A DNA stretch of 64,000 nucleotides from Verrucomicrobiales bacterium (GTDB taxonomy: Bacteria > Verrucomicrobiota > Verrucomicrobiia > Verrucomicrobiales > V1-33), in assembly GCA_031411295.1 (NCBI GenBank), contig JANOAV010000038.1:50918-114917 (forward strand), read 5' to 3'. The notes beneath the pieces were generated by a model. It made no database searches and was not told the DNA's origin. It saw only the letters and a program-made list of their open reading frames with translations. Positions 1 through 10,219 of this stretch are shown here, one piece after another. The translations under genes were made by a program, and so were the position numbers. Positions within the stretch are counted from its first letter, which is position 1; each line of letters opens with the position of its first letter.

Positions 1-3000
1 TGGCATCGAATCCCTTGGTGGCTTGGCGAATGAACACGTGATTCAGATGGGAGGGGCCGCTGGGATTTTCAAAACTGATGCCGCCCCACCGTTCGCCATT
101 TCTTCCCACGATGGAGACCGGCTGCGCAGTCGTTCCATCAATGTTCAGCACGCCCTGCACGCGAATGTTGCGGAGTGCTGTCATCCGAATTTCCACGCCT
201 GCTGGAACAGTCAGCGTGATGCCGCTTGGGATGATGAGATCCCCACTCAGCACGTATGGCGAAGCCGCTGCGCTCAGCGTAGTGTTGCTGGCCAGAGTTC
301 CTCCAATCACAGTCTCCGTGGCAGGAACAAAATTTGCGGTAATGGTCTTCGCAGCCGTAATCGTGACACTGATGCTGTCCCCCCCGGTGGCTCCAGTCCA
401 ACCGCTGAAAGCATAGCCCGGGGCGGGCTGCGCCTTGAGCGTGAACGGAACATTGGGGAACATTTTGAACGTCGAGGGATCGACCGGGACCCCCTGCACC
501 AACACCTTGCCTTGTTCAGTATTGTTGACTGCGAGGGTGAAATTGACCGCAGTGCCCACGCCAAGCTGCGTGGTGGCTTCGCCATAGAAATTTGCCGTCC
601 GTTGCACCGCATAATCTTTGATGTTTTGAATATTGCTCGCCCGGGTGGCAACGGTGGTCCCATTGGGTGCCCAACGTGTGACATGGCGTGGAATTTCGGC
701 TGCGATCTCCGTGTCCATGGCCGAAATGATGGCATCCACCCGGGAGGCTTTAAATGTCCCCGCCACGTGTGCGGCATAACGCTGAGCCAGGCGACCTTTG
801 AATGGAACGTTAAGCTTCAGACGTTTCAGCACGTCCTCGCTCGTGAGCATGTCCGCCAACACACCTGTCAGACTGCTGGTCGAGAAGGTCCGGTCCATGT
901 CGGTCAGAAACCAGCGCCAGCGGGCTCCGGGCTGTTTCGCTTTCCAGAATTCGCGGTTGTGCAACCAACTGATATTATTGCCGTAAGATTCAGAAATCAC
1001 AAAATCCATGAAGCTCTCCACATCGATCTTCGATTCCACGTAGTCCCAATTTGCCTGCACCGTGAGGTCCGCCGTATTGATGAAATTCATCAGGTCCAGC
1101 CAGTCTTTGTTATCTCCCTTGTCCACCCCCAAAGTGACAGCAGCGCTGCTGATGTGGCCATAGAGCAAGTGATCAATTTTGTCTGACGGCAAATGGAATT
1201 GCTGTGCGAACCACATGTCATCCCAACGCTGGCGGATATCGTGCACGCCGAAGTAGGCTCCGTTGATAAACACCACGCTGGGCCGGTAATCCGCAGTGTC
1301 CACATTCAGGAAACCATGCGCCAGCTTGGGATAGAGCGCATCCCGCAGCATATCCCTATCCCAATTGTCCCCGCCATCCCGCAGGGTGAAGGCACTGTGC
1401 AGCGGGATCTGCGTCCCTGGAAACAAATCGTATTTGATTTCCGTCTCACCATAACTGCCGCGCATGGCCAAGTTCAGCGCCTTCTGCGGGTGCACCCAGT
1501 TATTCTCACCACCGATGCGGATGCCGCAATTGGCCCTAAAACCACCGCCGCCGGGCGCGAAGAATTCCACATGTCCGGGTGCATCCTTGCCTTTGTAAAC
1601 GTCGTTTAATCCGTAGCTGCCAGTCACGCTTTCATGCTGGTTGGCATAGATTCCGATGGTATTGCCAAACATGGTCACTGGATCTGCCACCACGGAAATG
1701 TAAGGAACGGTTCCCTGCGTTTCCCCACGGAAATACGTCCGCGTGAGGATCGGACCCGGAGTGCGTCCGGCCTCGAAACAACGTGCCCGCAGCACGGTTG
1801 TGGCTGTGATGCTGATGGGGCCGGAGTAGAGCGGGGAGGTGCTCTTGGGGTTGCTGCCATCAAGCGTGTAGCGAATCTGCCCGCCAGCACTGGAGAGGCT
1901 CACTGTTTGATTCGCGGCATAGATTCCGCCCGCCAGCGAGGCCGTCACCTCGCGGCCATCCACCCGCACGTCATCCACGCCCGCCGTGGTATTGTCCGCG
2001 CCCGGTGTGGGTTCGGCAAATTGCTTCCACACCGTGGGGTTCGTCGCATCCCGTCCATAAGAAACATCAGTGACCTGGGTGGTGAAATCCACCGTATCCA
2101 CCGTGGTGGCGGAAGTGTGGGAATAACCCACCAAACTGAGATCCATGTCCAAGTCCACGCTGGTCACCACGCCTTGGTGAACTTCCACCGCCAACACATT
2201 CTCTCCAGCCACCAAGGATGAACTGGGAACGTAGTAGGGATTATAAACAGTAGGCGCACCACTCAATGGTAATGCGGCGGGAGTGCGATATCCGATGTCT
2301 CCGGTCGGCATGTTATAGCGGGCAATTTCACTCCCATTCAGATAAACTACGGCCCCGTCATCAATCAGGATTTTCAGCAACAGGCTGTGGTAAACCGAAG
2401 GATCAGCGACGTTGAACGCATGGCGAAAATAGGTCGTGATGTAGCGATTATTATTCACTGGCCCCCAGCCAACGGTTGTCGCTGGCGAATTGCCGTAGCC
2501 TAATTTTGCGGGTCCAGCCGCCCAGGCAGTGTCATCGAAAATGCGGGCTCGCCACTGCGTGCTTTGATCTGATCCATTGTCCAAATATTTCCACACGGCC
2601 ACCGTCTGCGGGGCCACCGGAACCGGGTTGGACGCATTTACCAACGGCACGGTGACAATGCCCGTGGCCTGCGTTAATACCACGGATTCGCCATCCGCAC
2701 TGAGTCCGAAGTTCGTGTGATATCTCTCCGTGACAAAACTTTTCCAAGGCCAGTAACCCCGGGGAAACGTCTGCCCGGGAGCCGCATCATGACTATCCGC
2801 CATGAACAGCAAATGCCCGCCCGCAGGGATGGTAGCGGTGGACGGAATGGCCCACTTGTAGGGATTGGAAGGATCGTCACTCAGGAAATAGCCGTCCAGA
2901 CTGGCCGTAGTGGCACCGGCATTTTTCAATTCAATCCAATCCGGATAATCTTCAAAATCCGTAATGTCCGGAAAACAGCGGGCATTTGAAGCCACAATTT

Positions 3001-3076
3001 CATTGATCTGAACTTGCGCTGCGGCCACGGTGAGCCCGCAGCAGAGGCTGCAGGCGAGAGTTAGGATTTTATTCAT
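1..3076 (-). CDS. Secreted CotH kinase-family protein with N-terminal lamin-tail domain and chitobiase/FN3-like domain; 3' end runs off the window
   Basis: Absent from the ORF track because no stop falls inside the window. Manual translation from ATG 3076 gives a signal peptide (MNKILTLACSLCCGLTVAAA), an LTD motif (QINEIVASN..DWIELKN..LDGYFLSDD), IRYTLDGSNP, and CotH-type motifs (VVFINGAYFGVHDIRQR, NREFWK..RWRWFLTDMD). Confidence 0.88.
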   Translation of the reverse strand, partial: MNKILTLACSLCCGLTVAAAQVQINEIVASNARCFPDITDFEDYPDWIELKNAGATTASLDGYFLSDDPSNPYKWAIPSTATIPAGGHLLFMADSHDAAPGQTFPRGYWPWKSFVTERYHTNFGLSADGESVVLTQATGIVTVPLVNASNPVPVAPQTVAVWKYLDNGSDQSTQWRARIFDDTAWAAGPAKLGYGNSPATTVGWGPVNNNRYITTYFRHAFNVADPSVYHSLLLKILIDDGAVVYLNGSEIARYNMPTGDIGYRTPAALPLSGAPTVYNPYYVPSSSLVAGENVLAVEVHQGVVTSVDLDMDLSLVGYSHTSATTVDTVDFTTQVTDVSYGRDATNPTVWKQFAEPTPGADNTTAGVDDVRVDGREVTASLAGGIYAANQTVSLSSAGGQIRYTLDGSNPKSTSPLYSGPISITATTVLRARCFEAGRTPGPILTRTYFRGETQGTVPYISVVADPVTMFGNTIGIYANQHESVTGSYGLNDVYKGKDAPGHVEFFAPGGGGFRANCGIRIGGENNWVHPQKALNLAMRGSYGETEIKYDLFPGTQIPLHSAFTLRDGGDNWDRDMLRDALYPKLAHGFLNVDTADYRPSVVFINGAYFGVHDIRQRWDDMWFAQQFHLPSDKIDHLLYGHISSAAVTLGVDKGDNKDWLDLMNFINTADLTVQANWDYVESKIDVESFMDFVISESYGNNISWLHNREFWKAKQPGARWRWFLTDMDRTFSTSSLTGVLADMLTSEDVLKRLKLNVPFKGRLAQRYAAHVAGTFKASRVDAIISAMDTEIAAEIPRHVTRWAPNGTTVATRASNIQNIKDYAVQRTANFYGEATTQLGVGTAVNFTLAVNNTEQGKVLVQGVPVDPSTFKMFPNVPFTLKAQPAPGYAFSGWTGATGGDSISVTITAAKTITANFVPATETVIGGTLASNTTLSAAASPYVLSGDLIIPSGITLTVPAGVEIRMTALRNIRVQGVLNIDGTTAQPVSIVGRNGERWGGISFENPSGPSHLNHVFIRQATKGFDA

Positions 3077-3158
3077 AGTAAGGAGGGACGCATCTCCGAA
3101 CTGCTGGGGGAGCTTTGGTCGAAATTGCTGGTTTGGGATGGAATTGGGGGGGGGGGGC

Positions 3159-3174
3159 GTGACAATTCTGTAAC
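3159..3174. promoter_or_regulatory. GTGAC-N6-GTAAC box (candidate OmpR-family site; also contains TGACA-N4-TGTAA)
   Basis: gtgacaattctgtaac lies about 85 bp upstream of the CotH gene. The same pattern occurs at 7887-7902 and 19993-20008. Confidence 0.5.
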
Positions 3175-3229
3175 AGAACACTCAGGCTGTGAATCCTAAA
3201 ATGGTAACTGTTTGGTTGGATTTGAATTT

Positions 3230-3948
3230 CTACTCGTCGTCCTTGCGATGCCCTTTCCTCTCTGGGGATTTCTTTTCCCCAAGTTGGAGCGTTACACCTG
3301 TTTCCGGCAATGTGACCGTTGCTGTTTGTGAGTTGTGATTGGCAAAGAGGGCTGCAATCCACCATCCCGCCATGATTGCGATAACGGCCCCCCCACAACC
3401 AATGAGCGGATGCGATCTGATCATCTTGCTCACCTGACTTCCTGCCCGTGATCATTGCCAGGGAGACGTTCTCCCGATGCCTATACGTGTGCCAAGCCAA
3501 GCCAGCCAAATGGGAGCGCAATCAGAACGACCAGTCCCCAAGCGAAGATTTCATGCAGTTCCCTGACGATTTCTCCGCCGAACCCAATGCCTGAAATGAA
3601 CAGCGCAGGCACCAGCAGAAACATCAGCACAGCAGCCATGGCTGAGCCAGGATTATTCCCCGCGTAGAGTTTTGTCTTGGAGAAAACTGCACTCAGTAAA
3701 TACTCCCGCACCTCGCGCGGTCGCACGGGAAAATTGGCGAAACGTGAGTATCGCGACCCTACGAATCCCATGACAACCTTAGCCACCAGCAGGGACAATG
3801 CGACAATCCCGCAGAGCATGTGCAGTTGAAATAACGGGTGATCGTCATCCAGCAAATATCCGATCCCCAGAGCCAGGGAGAGAGAAATGGCAAACGCCCA
3901 GTGGAACAGGCGGGAAGGAATATCCTAAACGAGAATTGGGCGCTTCAT
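3230..3948 (-). pseudogene. Cytochrome b (Ni/Fe-hydrogenase b-type/b561-like) membrane protein, disrupted
   Basis: Reads MKRPILV*DIPSRLFHWAF...; a TAG at 3925-3927 replaces the conserved W of VWDxPxRLFHW. It continues through the GFVGSRYSRF and GNNPGS motifs. A frameshift near 3513 leads into HLAGLAWHTYRHRENVSLAMITGRK, and a second one in the G-run near 3390 leads into AVIAIMAGWW...KDDE*. Confidence 0.85.
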
Positions 3949-4196
3949 ATTCGTCGGAGGGTAACCAACTGTGCGGAATGTCATAAGCTACGAACGTGGC
4001 TATGGTAAATTAGGAGCACGGCTAAGATTTTCCCATCACGCTACCGTAACAGTTTGGCAGGAATACCGATCATTCCGACCTACCGCAAACCAGAAGTGCC
4101 TCTAACCTGCCCAGAGTCTCCGTTGTGACGGCAAATGGAACAACAACTCAGGCCCACTCTACGCAAAGCAACTCCGCCTTCGGGCGACGGTCAGGA

Positions 4197-4458
4197 GTTG
4201 GCTGCGGGGCGCTGCCGACTGGGGACAGTCGGCACACGTTCCTAGGAATGTGTCCTGACTGTCCTCAGCCAGGAACGATGGCGGAGCGGATCATGCTTTT
4301 TCCACTTTAGTCTGCCAGCCATCGCGCAATCAAAGCGGACGACCTTTTCTGTCAGTCAGCTTCGTTTGCCGAATCTGCCTCTTGAGCGTTCTGGGGTGGA
4401 GTGGTGTTAGCGGACTAACAGTCTGGGACTACTCGGCATGAATTTTCGTAAATCGTAT
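4197..4458. repeat. REP mosaic: module A (4197-4298) followed by module B (4304-4458)
   Basis: Contains the palindromes tgccgactggggacagtcggca, tcctgactgtcctcagccagga and cggactaacagtctgg. Both modules recur at 8152-8434. Confidence 0.85.
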
Positions 4459-4493
4459 TTCGTCAGTCGTTAATCGTAAATCCTTCGGGATCG

Positions 4494-7400
4494 TTACGGT
4501 GTGGTCACCCTAAGTTGCAGGAAACGTCGTTGGATGCCGATGTTAGTCAGGTCTCCTGAGTCGGTGAAATTTACCACGCCTGCGGTTTCGGTGAGGGTGG
4601 TGCCGGGCGCGTTGATCCAGCCGGTGGCATCGGTCCAAGTGGCTAACGTGGTCCAGTTGACGGGCTGTAAATCGGTGGAGGTGAGGATTGTCAGGGTAAC
4701 ATCGGTGGCTGCTGGGTTGCGGGGGAATTGCAGCGTCATGAAGTTTCCGCCGTGTCCGCCCACCGGGTGGGTGGTGGGGTTCGGGAGGGTAGGGTTGGTG
4801 CCCAAGGCGTATTCGTAGAGGTTGGTCCGGCCATCGTTGTCTGGGTCCGCCAAGTTTGCTGCGTTACCCGTGTTAGTGGCGGTGGGTCCAAAGAAGCTTT
4901 GCCGCCAGGTTTCGATGGGCACAGGGGGCGTGCCGGTGATGAACACGAGGGTATTGCCGGTGATTTTGAATACACCGGTTACGCCTGCGGCTAAATTGGT
5001 GGCCGTGAAGTCCGCAGTGGTGCAATCCGTGCTGCCAAAGCTGATCAACGGATAGGTGAATCCATTGGCTCCGGTGCCCGTGAAATCAAAGGTGTGCGGC
5101 TGCCGATACTTCCTTTCCGCAATGGACCTGCGCCCAAGACTACCTTATCGGCACTGGCCGAGGCTGCGCTTAAATTATAGACCATGGTGCCGCCGCCGTG
5201 CCACGTGCAACCCGCTGCGCTCAGTGTGCCGATTCCGCCCTTGCCGGGTGAAACTTTGCCGCCGTTTTCCAAGATGATGTGGCTGGTGGCTCCTGCTCCG
5301 GCCAGGGTGGCTCCAGTTAGGACTTCCGTGGCGATGCCAGTGATGGAGCCAGTAACCAGGAGAGTTCCATTCTGCACCCAGGTGCCGCCCTGGTAGGTGT
5401 TGGTGCCGGTGAGTTCCAGAGTGCCATCCCCGGACTTCAGGAGATCATTGTAAATCGTGCCGCTGAGCAAGCCTGACATGATGGCGGAGTCTGTGGTAAC
5501 GGCGGGATTATCAATCACGCGGATTTCGCGATAGCTAAATTTCACCGTGGCTTCGGTCGAGTTCAGTTGGAAATCATCTATCAGTGTCACGACGCGATCC
5601 GCCCGCGTGCTGCCAAGGATCAAGGCGGCATTGGATTGCACGAAGCCAGGATCTTCCCATGGGATCAAGGTGGCTCCGGGGGATTGCAGATCCACCGTGA
5701 CATCGGCCCCGATGGCTGCGAATCCGCCGCTGCCACGGTCCTCGGAAATGGCTGCGGGTGGCACGGCAGTGTCGAACTCAGACCAGTTGATGGCACCAGC
5801 CACGAAGCCCAAGGGCCGGGAAAAGGTGCCGCCACCGGTCAACTCTAACACGCCACCGCGAAACTTTATTTCGCCCCCGGGCAATGAACTGCCTGCCTGG
5901 GCGCGCACGGCTCCGCCTTGGATAATCAAGGGCTGGGTCAGCGCGCTGTTGGCTCCGGTGAGCGCCAGCACGCCGTCACCTGCTTTCACAAGCACCTGAT
6001 TCGGCATGGCGGCACTAACGGTAAGTTTCGCCTGGGCCACATGATAGTAGTGTGTCCCGGTCCCACCCAGCAGACCGGGGCCCGCAATGGTGAAATCATT
6101 GTTGCCCGCTAGAATCATGGCGGGAACGATCAAGGTGCGGCCACTATTCAGAGTTAGCGTGGAGCCCGCTGCCGTGGGGGCAAGCTTGAGAGAGTTCAGC
6201 GTGATATTTGCCGCCATGGCCGTGGTGGCGGTGAGCAGCGCATTGGCTGTGGGTGCAGTAGCCGCGGGGAATGCGGTGGTGGTGGCTGCCGTCACTCCAT
6301 TGGTGACATTGTAACCGGCAAAGTCGGTGCCGTTGACCGTAGCAAAGCCCACGGGTCCTGTGCCCAGGCTGTTTGTGATCAGCGTATTGAGCAACACCGG
6401 GGCGGTGGTAAACATGACGCGGGGAGTATTCCCTGGGGAGCCCAACGCCAGGGCGGCACCAGCTGCATTGCTGGCGCTAAAGTCAATCGTAGCCGTCTGG
6501 GCCACGGTGGTAACATCACGACTTATGGAGCCACACGTCAGCACGGTGGGCGCGCTGGTGGATGCATGCGCCAGGGCAACTCTAACCTGGCCGCTGCGAC
6601 CTTTGCTGGCGGAACCTAACTGCACCCGACCGATCGTTTCCGTGGTGCCAGCGGCATTCCCGACCAAGCGGAAGGTCCCGCCGCCGTTCGTGTCCAGGCC
6701 AGTGGAGGTGCCGGAAGCATCCCGCAGGCGATTCGTGTTATTCACAGCAGTGTTGTCCAGTTTCAGGGTGCCGCCATCCAGCGTAATGGCCCCCTGCGTT
6801 TGACTACCCAACGAGGCCGCTCCGCTCAACGTTAGTTTACCACCCACTACCACATCCTTGTTCAGGTCCAGCGTGCCGCTCAGGATTTGCTCCCCCGGTC
6901 CGCGCACCACCAGGGCACCACCCGTGCCGCCCGTGCCCGTGGGCGGTCCCAGCCTGATCCCGCCAGCATAGGTGCCACTGCTAATGGCTTGGATGACGAT
7001 GTTTTCCGTGGAGGTATTTGTGCCAGTGACTTGTGACTGCACCAGGCCAGCGTTTCCGGTTAGGGTTCCGACACGCAATTCCGAAGAACAGGTGAGTAGC
7101 GCAGTGGGATCAGTTAGGGTGACAGGATTGAGCCGCAGGGCCGTGATGCCTGAGAAGGCGTTGTTGTTAAATCTCACCGTGCCACCATTGATCGTCAGTC
7201 GCCCCATCCACGTATTGTCCGAGGGCACACCCGTGGCTGGCAGAACGGGCACTGGCGTTCCGAAACGAAACGTGCTGGCCCCATTTTTCGTGATGTCATA
7301 CAGTCCACTGATGCCCAGGTTCATTGTCACCGGCCCCAACCCATCGCCCTGCAAGGTCAGCGGAGCCTTGAGGTCGAAAGGGACGTCCATCGTGATGGCA

Positions 7401-7819
7401 CCCGCATTGAGTTGACGCAGACTGGGCGCAATTCCACCAAACGCGAGTTGGGACCCGGGAGCACTGCTCACGATCATCGGAGGATCCGTCGCCAGCCCAG
7501 CCACGTCGGTTAAATTAAACTGCAGGGCGTTCAGCTTAAAGCTGCCCGCCACGTCGCTTGTAGAGGTATAGTTAGGGGCAGTCCCTGCGGTGATCCCCAC
7601 ATCTCCCGAGAATTGCAGCAAGTCCGTGAAATCATTGCCCAGTGGAGCAGTGCCACCCCACGCGCTGGGATCACTCCAAGCAGCGGTGGTGTTATTCCAA
7701 GTAAACGTCCCGCCGTGGGAAATGTTGGGCAGGAAGCCATGCAGCGCAAAGCAAGCAGTGGCGAGTGGTAGGAAACTGACGCGATGTGAGGGAGGGAATG
7801 AAGCGGGCACGGGAAGCAA
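4494..7819 (-). CDS. Autotransporter-associated beta-strand repeat (beta-helix) secreted protein with verrucomicrobial C-terminal domain; one frameshift near 5099
   Basis: Repeats such as LLKSGDGTLELTGTNTYQGGTWVQNGTL and LVKAGDGVLALTGANS. ORFs 5045..7819 and 4494..5048 join if one C is added (GGC AGC [C]CG CAC ACC TTT GAT -> GSPHTFDFTGTGANG). Ends ADPDNDGRTNLYEYALGTNP...STDL..W...RRFLQLRV. Confidence 0.85.
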
Positions 7820-7886
7820 TGGTTACAACTTTGTTTCCACCTCTTTGTCATAATTTGCCATTTATGTCACGTTGCAACGCTCTAAT

Positions 7887-7902
7887 GTAACTGAACTGTT
7901 AC
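7887..7902. promoter_or_regulatory. GTAAC-N6-GTTAC box
   Basis: gtaactgaactgttac lies upstream of the beta-helix gene. Confidence 0.5.
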
Positions 7903-7943
7903 TAAAATGGCTCCGGCCTAGATTATTCGTCTGACAAATGTAA

Positions 7944-8111
7944 ATGATCGGCCCAATGGGTGAAGTTTCCGCGCAGTAACTCATTGACGCCATCAACACC
8001 ACTTCCGCCAGCAGCAACGGTGTGCCGCTGCTGCTCCCAGCGCAGCCGAATCCCACGATCCTGGATGTGGCGGCCAAGCTGGATGAGTTGATTCAGGCGC
8101 TGCGGAGGTAG
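7944..8111 (+). pseudogene. Remnant of the C-terminus of a verrucomicrobial collagen-like/hypothetical protein
   Basis: Reads MIGPMGEVSAQ*LIDAINTTSASSNGVPLLLPAQPNPTILDVAAKLDELIQALRR*, with an internal TAA at 7977-7979. It resembles the GEV...TSxNxNxV...KLxELIxALRR tail I recall from Verrucomicrobiaceae proteins. Confidence 0.5.
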
Positions 8112-8140
8112 CGACGGGCTGAGGGCGGAGGACAGCGCTG

Positions 8141-8542
8141 TGTAGTCCCGGACTTTAGTCCGCCAGCCATCGCGTCCTCCATGTGGACCAGATTCTTTGT
8201 CTGGCGGTTTCGTTTGCCGAATCTGCCTCTTGAGCGTTCTGGGGTGGATTGGTGTTAGCGGACTAACAGTCCGGGACTACTCGGCATGAGTTTTCGTAAA
8301 TCGTATCCTTCGGGGCTTTCGTCCCTCGGCGGGTTGGCTGCGGGGTGCTGCCGACTGAGGACAGTCGGCACACGTTCCTAAGAATGTGTCCTGGCTGTCC
8401 TCAGCTGGGAACGATGGCCAGTGGGATCATGCTTGTTCAACATGAAAAGAACATCCGCTGGAGTCCCGTCTTTAGACGGTGGATCATGATGGGCTCATAC
8501 TGCGGGCTGGGCGGGGGGCTCCGGTTGAAGCCGGGACTCCAA
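8141..8542. repeat. REP mosaic: module B (8152-8306), module A (8333-8434), and a GGAG-type inverted REP pair (8458-8542)
   Basis: Inverted pair gtagtcccggactttagtccg ... cggactaacagtccgggactac; palindrome tgccgactgaggacagtcggca; pair ggagtcccgtctttagacgg ... ccggttgaagccgggactcc. Confidence 0.85.
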
Positions 8543-8679
8543 CGAATGTTGCGGGCTTGAAATTTCGTAAACCGATCTGCCGCCAGAGCGAAAAGCTTGC
8601 AGCATTCTCGCTCTACAAATGCGCGAACGCCCATTCTACCAGGCATGGCGCGGGTCTCGTTACCTGCTCGCCCTCTACG

Positions 8680-10071
8680 TTAGTAATTTCCCAAGCGCTT
8701 CACGACTTGTAGTGGCAACTGGGCGGAGACGGTTTGGTAGTAGGCTTGGGCGGCTGGGGCGTCGAACTCTTTCCAGCGGCGGAGCAAGGCGGTTAGACTG
8801 TCGGTGAGGGCGTTGGGGTCGGTTATTTTGGAGGCGATATCGAGGGCCTTGAGGGGTTCGTTCTCGACGATCATTTCACTGGCATCGGTGCGGATGCGGT
8901 CGGCATCCGGGCCGGCGGGTTGTTGCTCGACCCATTTAGTTAAATTGGTGGGGGAAACGGCGGCCCAGGTGCGGACGACGTTGTCCAGGGCATCGCTGGA
9001 TTCCTTGGTGGTGGGCAAGCCAACAACCCATGTTAGTGCTTTCTCGGGTTCCAAGCCTGCCCAAGTCTCGGCAATGGCAGGGATGGCGCTGGCGCGTGTT
9101 TCCCCTGCGGGAAATTTGGCCGCCCAGGCAGCGGTAACTTCGGGCGCGCTGGTGGCCCACATAGATAGCAGTGTGGCAGCCGCTTCGGGTTGATGCTTAG
9201 GATCAAGAGACTTCACCCAGGTGGAGGCCGCAGTGGGATCCTGGGCCCCCCAAGATTGGATCAAGGCATCTACAATCTCTGGCGCATCTGTGGTGTTGAG
9301 CTTCGTCTTCACCCAGGCGGCGGCCTCGGTGCGCGCTTGTTCGGTCCATTCCGTGGCGAGGCGTGAGAGGGCGGAGTTGCGGCGGTTTTTATCCGGGAAG
9401 GCTTCCGCCCAGTGTGCCGCAGCAGCGGGATCAATGGCGGCCCAGGAGCTGAGCACTTTGCTGAGAGCGGCATCGGACAAGGTGCCGCCGGGGAGCGAGG
9501 CAACCCATGCAGAAGCGGCTTGGGGATCGCGTGCGGCCCAGAGTTCGGCAATGAAGGCATTGGATTCGGCGGCTACCGGGCCGTGAAGATTGGTAGCGAC
9601 AAATTTGCTAGCAGCAGCAGGATCCTTTTCCGCCCAGCCGGCACAGGCGGCGGCAATGGTAGTCTTCTGCTGATCTCCCACGGGCAGGGTTTGGGCTTGA
9701 GCCAGGGCGGCAGCGGGATCCTGCTGGGCCCAGGCCTTCATCAAGGCGCGGAGAAATTCGGTGCGGTCTGCGTAGTTAGTAATGCCCATGCCAACTTCCC
9801 ATGCGTGCCGGGGATCCTTGGCTGCGAGTTGGCGCGCAAGATCACCCAGCGCACGGGAGCGATCTTCAAAGGAAACGGTCTCCAAAGCAGTCTTTAAATT
9901 TGGCTCCCCTGCGGAGACAACGGCAGGCTGCGGGGCAGGCGAGGTGCTTGCTGCTGGAGGAGTCTGCTTGGTGGAAGAAACAACAGTTGCCGCTGGCCAA
10001 TAGCGCATGGCGAGCGCGCCTGCGGTGGTTCCGAAGACAAGGACGAGCAAATGGGTGGCGGCAGATTTCAT
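8680..10071 (-). CDS. Membrane-anchored helical-repeat protein (W-A-x-x-D-P-x-A-A-x-x-W repeats, HEAT/ARM-like)
   Basis: 463 aa, with an N-terminal hydrophobic anchor and about 10 repeats such as WAQQDPAAA, WAEKDPAAA and WAARDPQAASAW. Confidence 0.85.
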   Translation of the reverse strand: MKSAATHLLVLVFGTTAGALAMRYWPAATVVSSTKQTPPAASTSPAPQPAVVSAGEPNLKTALETVSFEDRSRALGDLARQLAAKDPRHAWEVGMGITNYADRTEFLRALMKAWAQQDPAAALAQAQTLPVGDQQKTTIAAACAGWAEKDPAAASKFVATNLHGPVAAESNAFIAELWAARDPQAASAWVASLPGGTLSDAALSKVLSSWAAIDPAAAAHWAEAFPDKNRRNSALSRLATEWTEQARTEAAAWVKTKLNTTDAPEIVDALIQSWGAQDPTAASTWVKSLDPKHQPEAAATLLSMWATSAPEVTAAWAAKFPAGETRASAIPAIAETWAGLEPEKALTWVVGLPTTKESSDALDNVVRTWAAVSPTNLTKWVEQQPAGPDADRIRTDASEMIVENEPLKALDIASKITDPNALTDSLTALLRRWKEFDAPAAQAYYQTVSAQLPLQVVKRLGNY

Positions 10072-10139
10072 GGCAAAGTAGGGGAAATGAGAAGGATACG
10101 GCTTGGGGAGGGATCAATGAGGAGGAACCCTTGCGAATT

Positions 10140-10172
10140 GCTGGGCACCGCCTGGTCGAGGCGGTGCCCAGC
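10140..10172. terminator. GC-rich hairpin (terminator or mRNA-stabilising stem)
   Basis: Perfect 14-bp stem gctgggcaccgcct-ggtcg-aggcggtgcccagc, just downstream of the 10220 gene; no clear U tract. Confidence 0.5.
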
Positions 10173-10219
10173 TGGAGTGCTAGCTCCGAGGCGCAAATCA
10201 GGTCTGCGACCAGATTAAC

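Noticed and set aside
23..2989. Long + strand ORFs (387, 138 and 195 aa, among others)
   Set aside because: They are antisense shadows of the minus-strand CotH gene, which the track missed because its stop lies outside the window.
3925..3927. Amber recoding (pyrrolysine or alternative genetic code)
   Set aside because: TAG is used as a normal stop here (e.g. fabG), and the same gene carries two further frameshifts.
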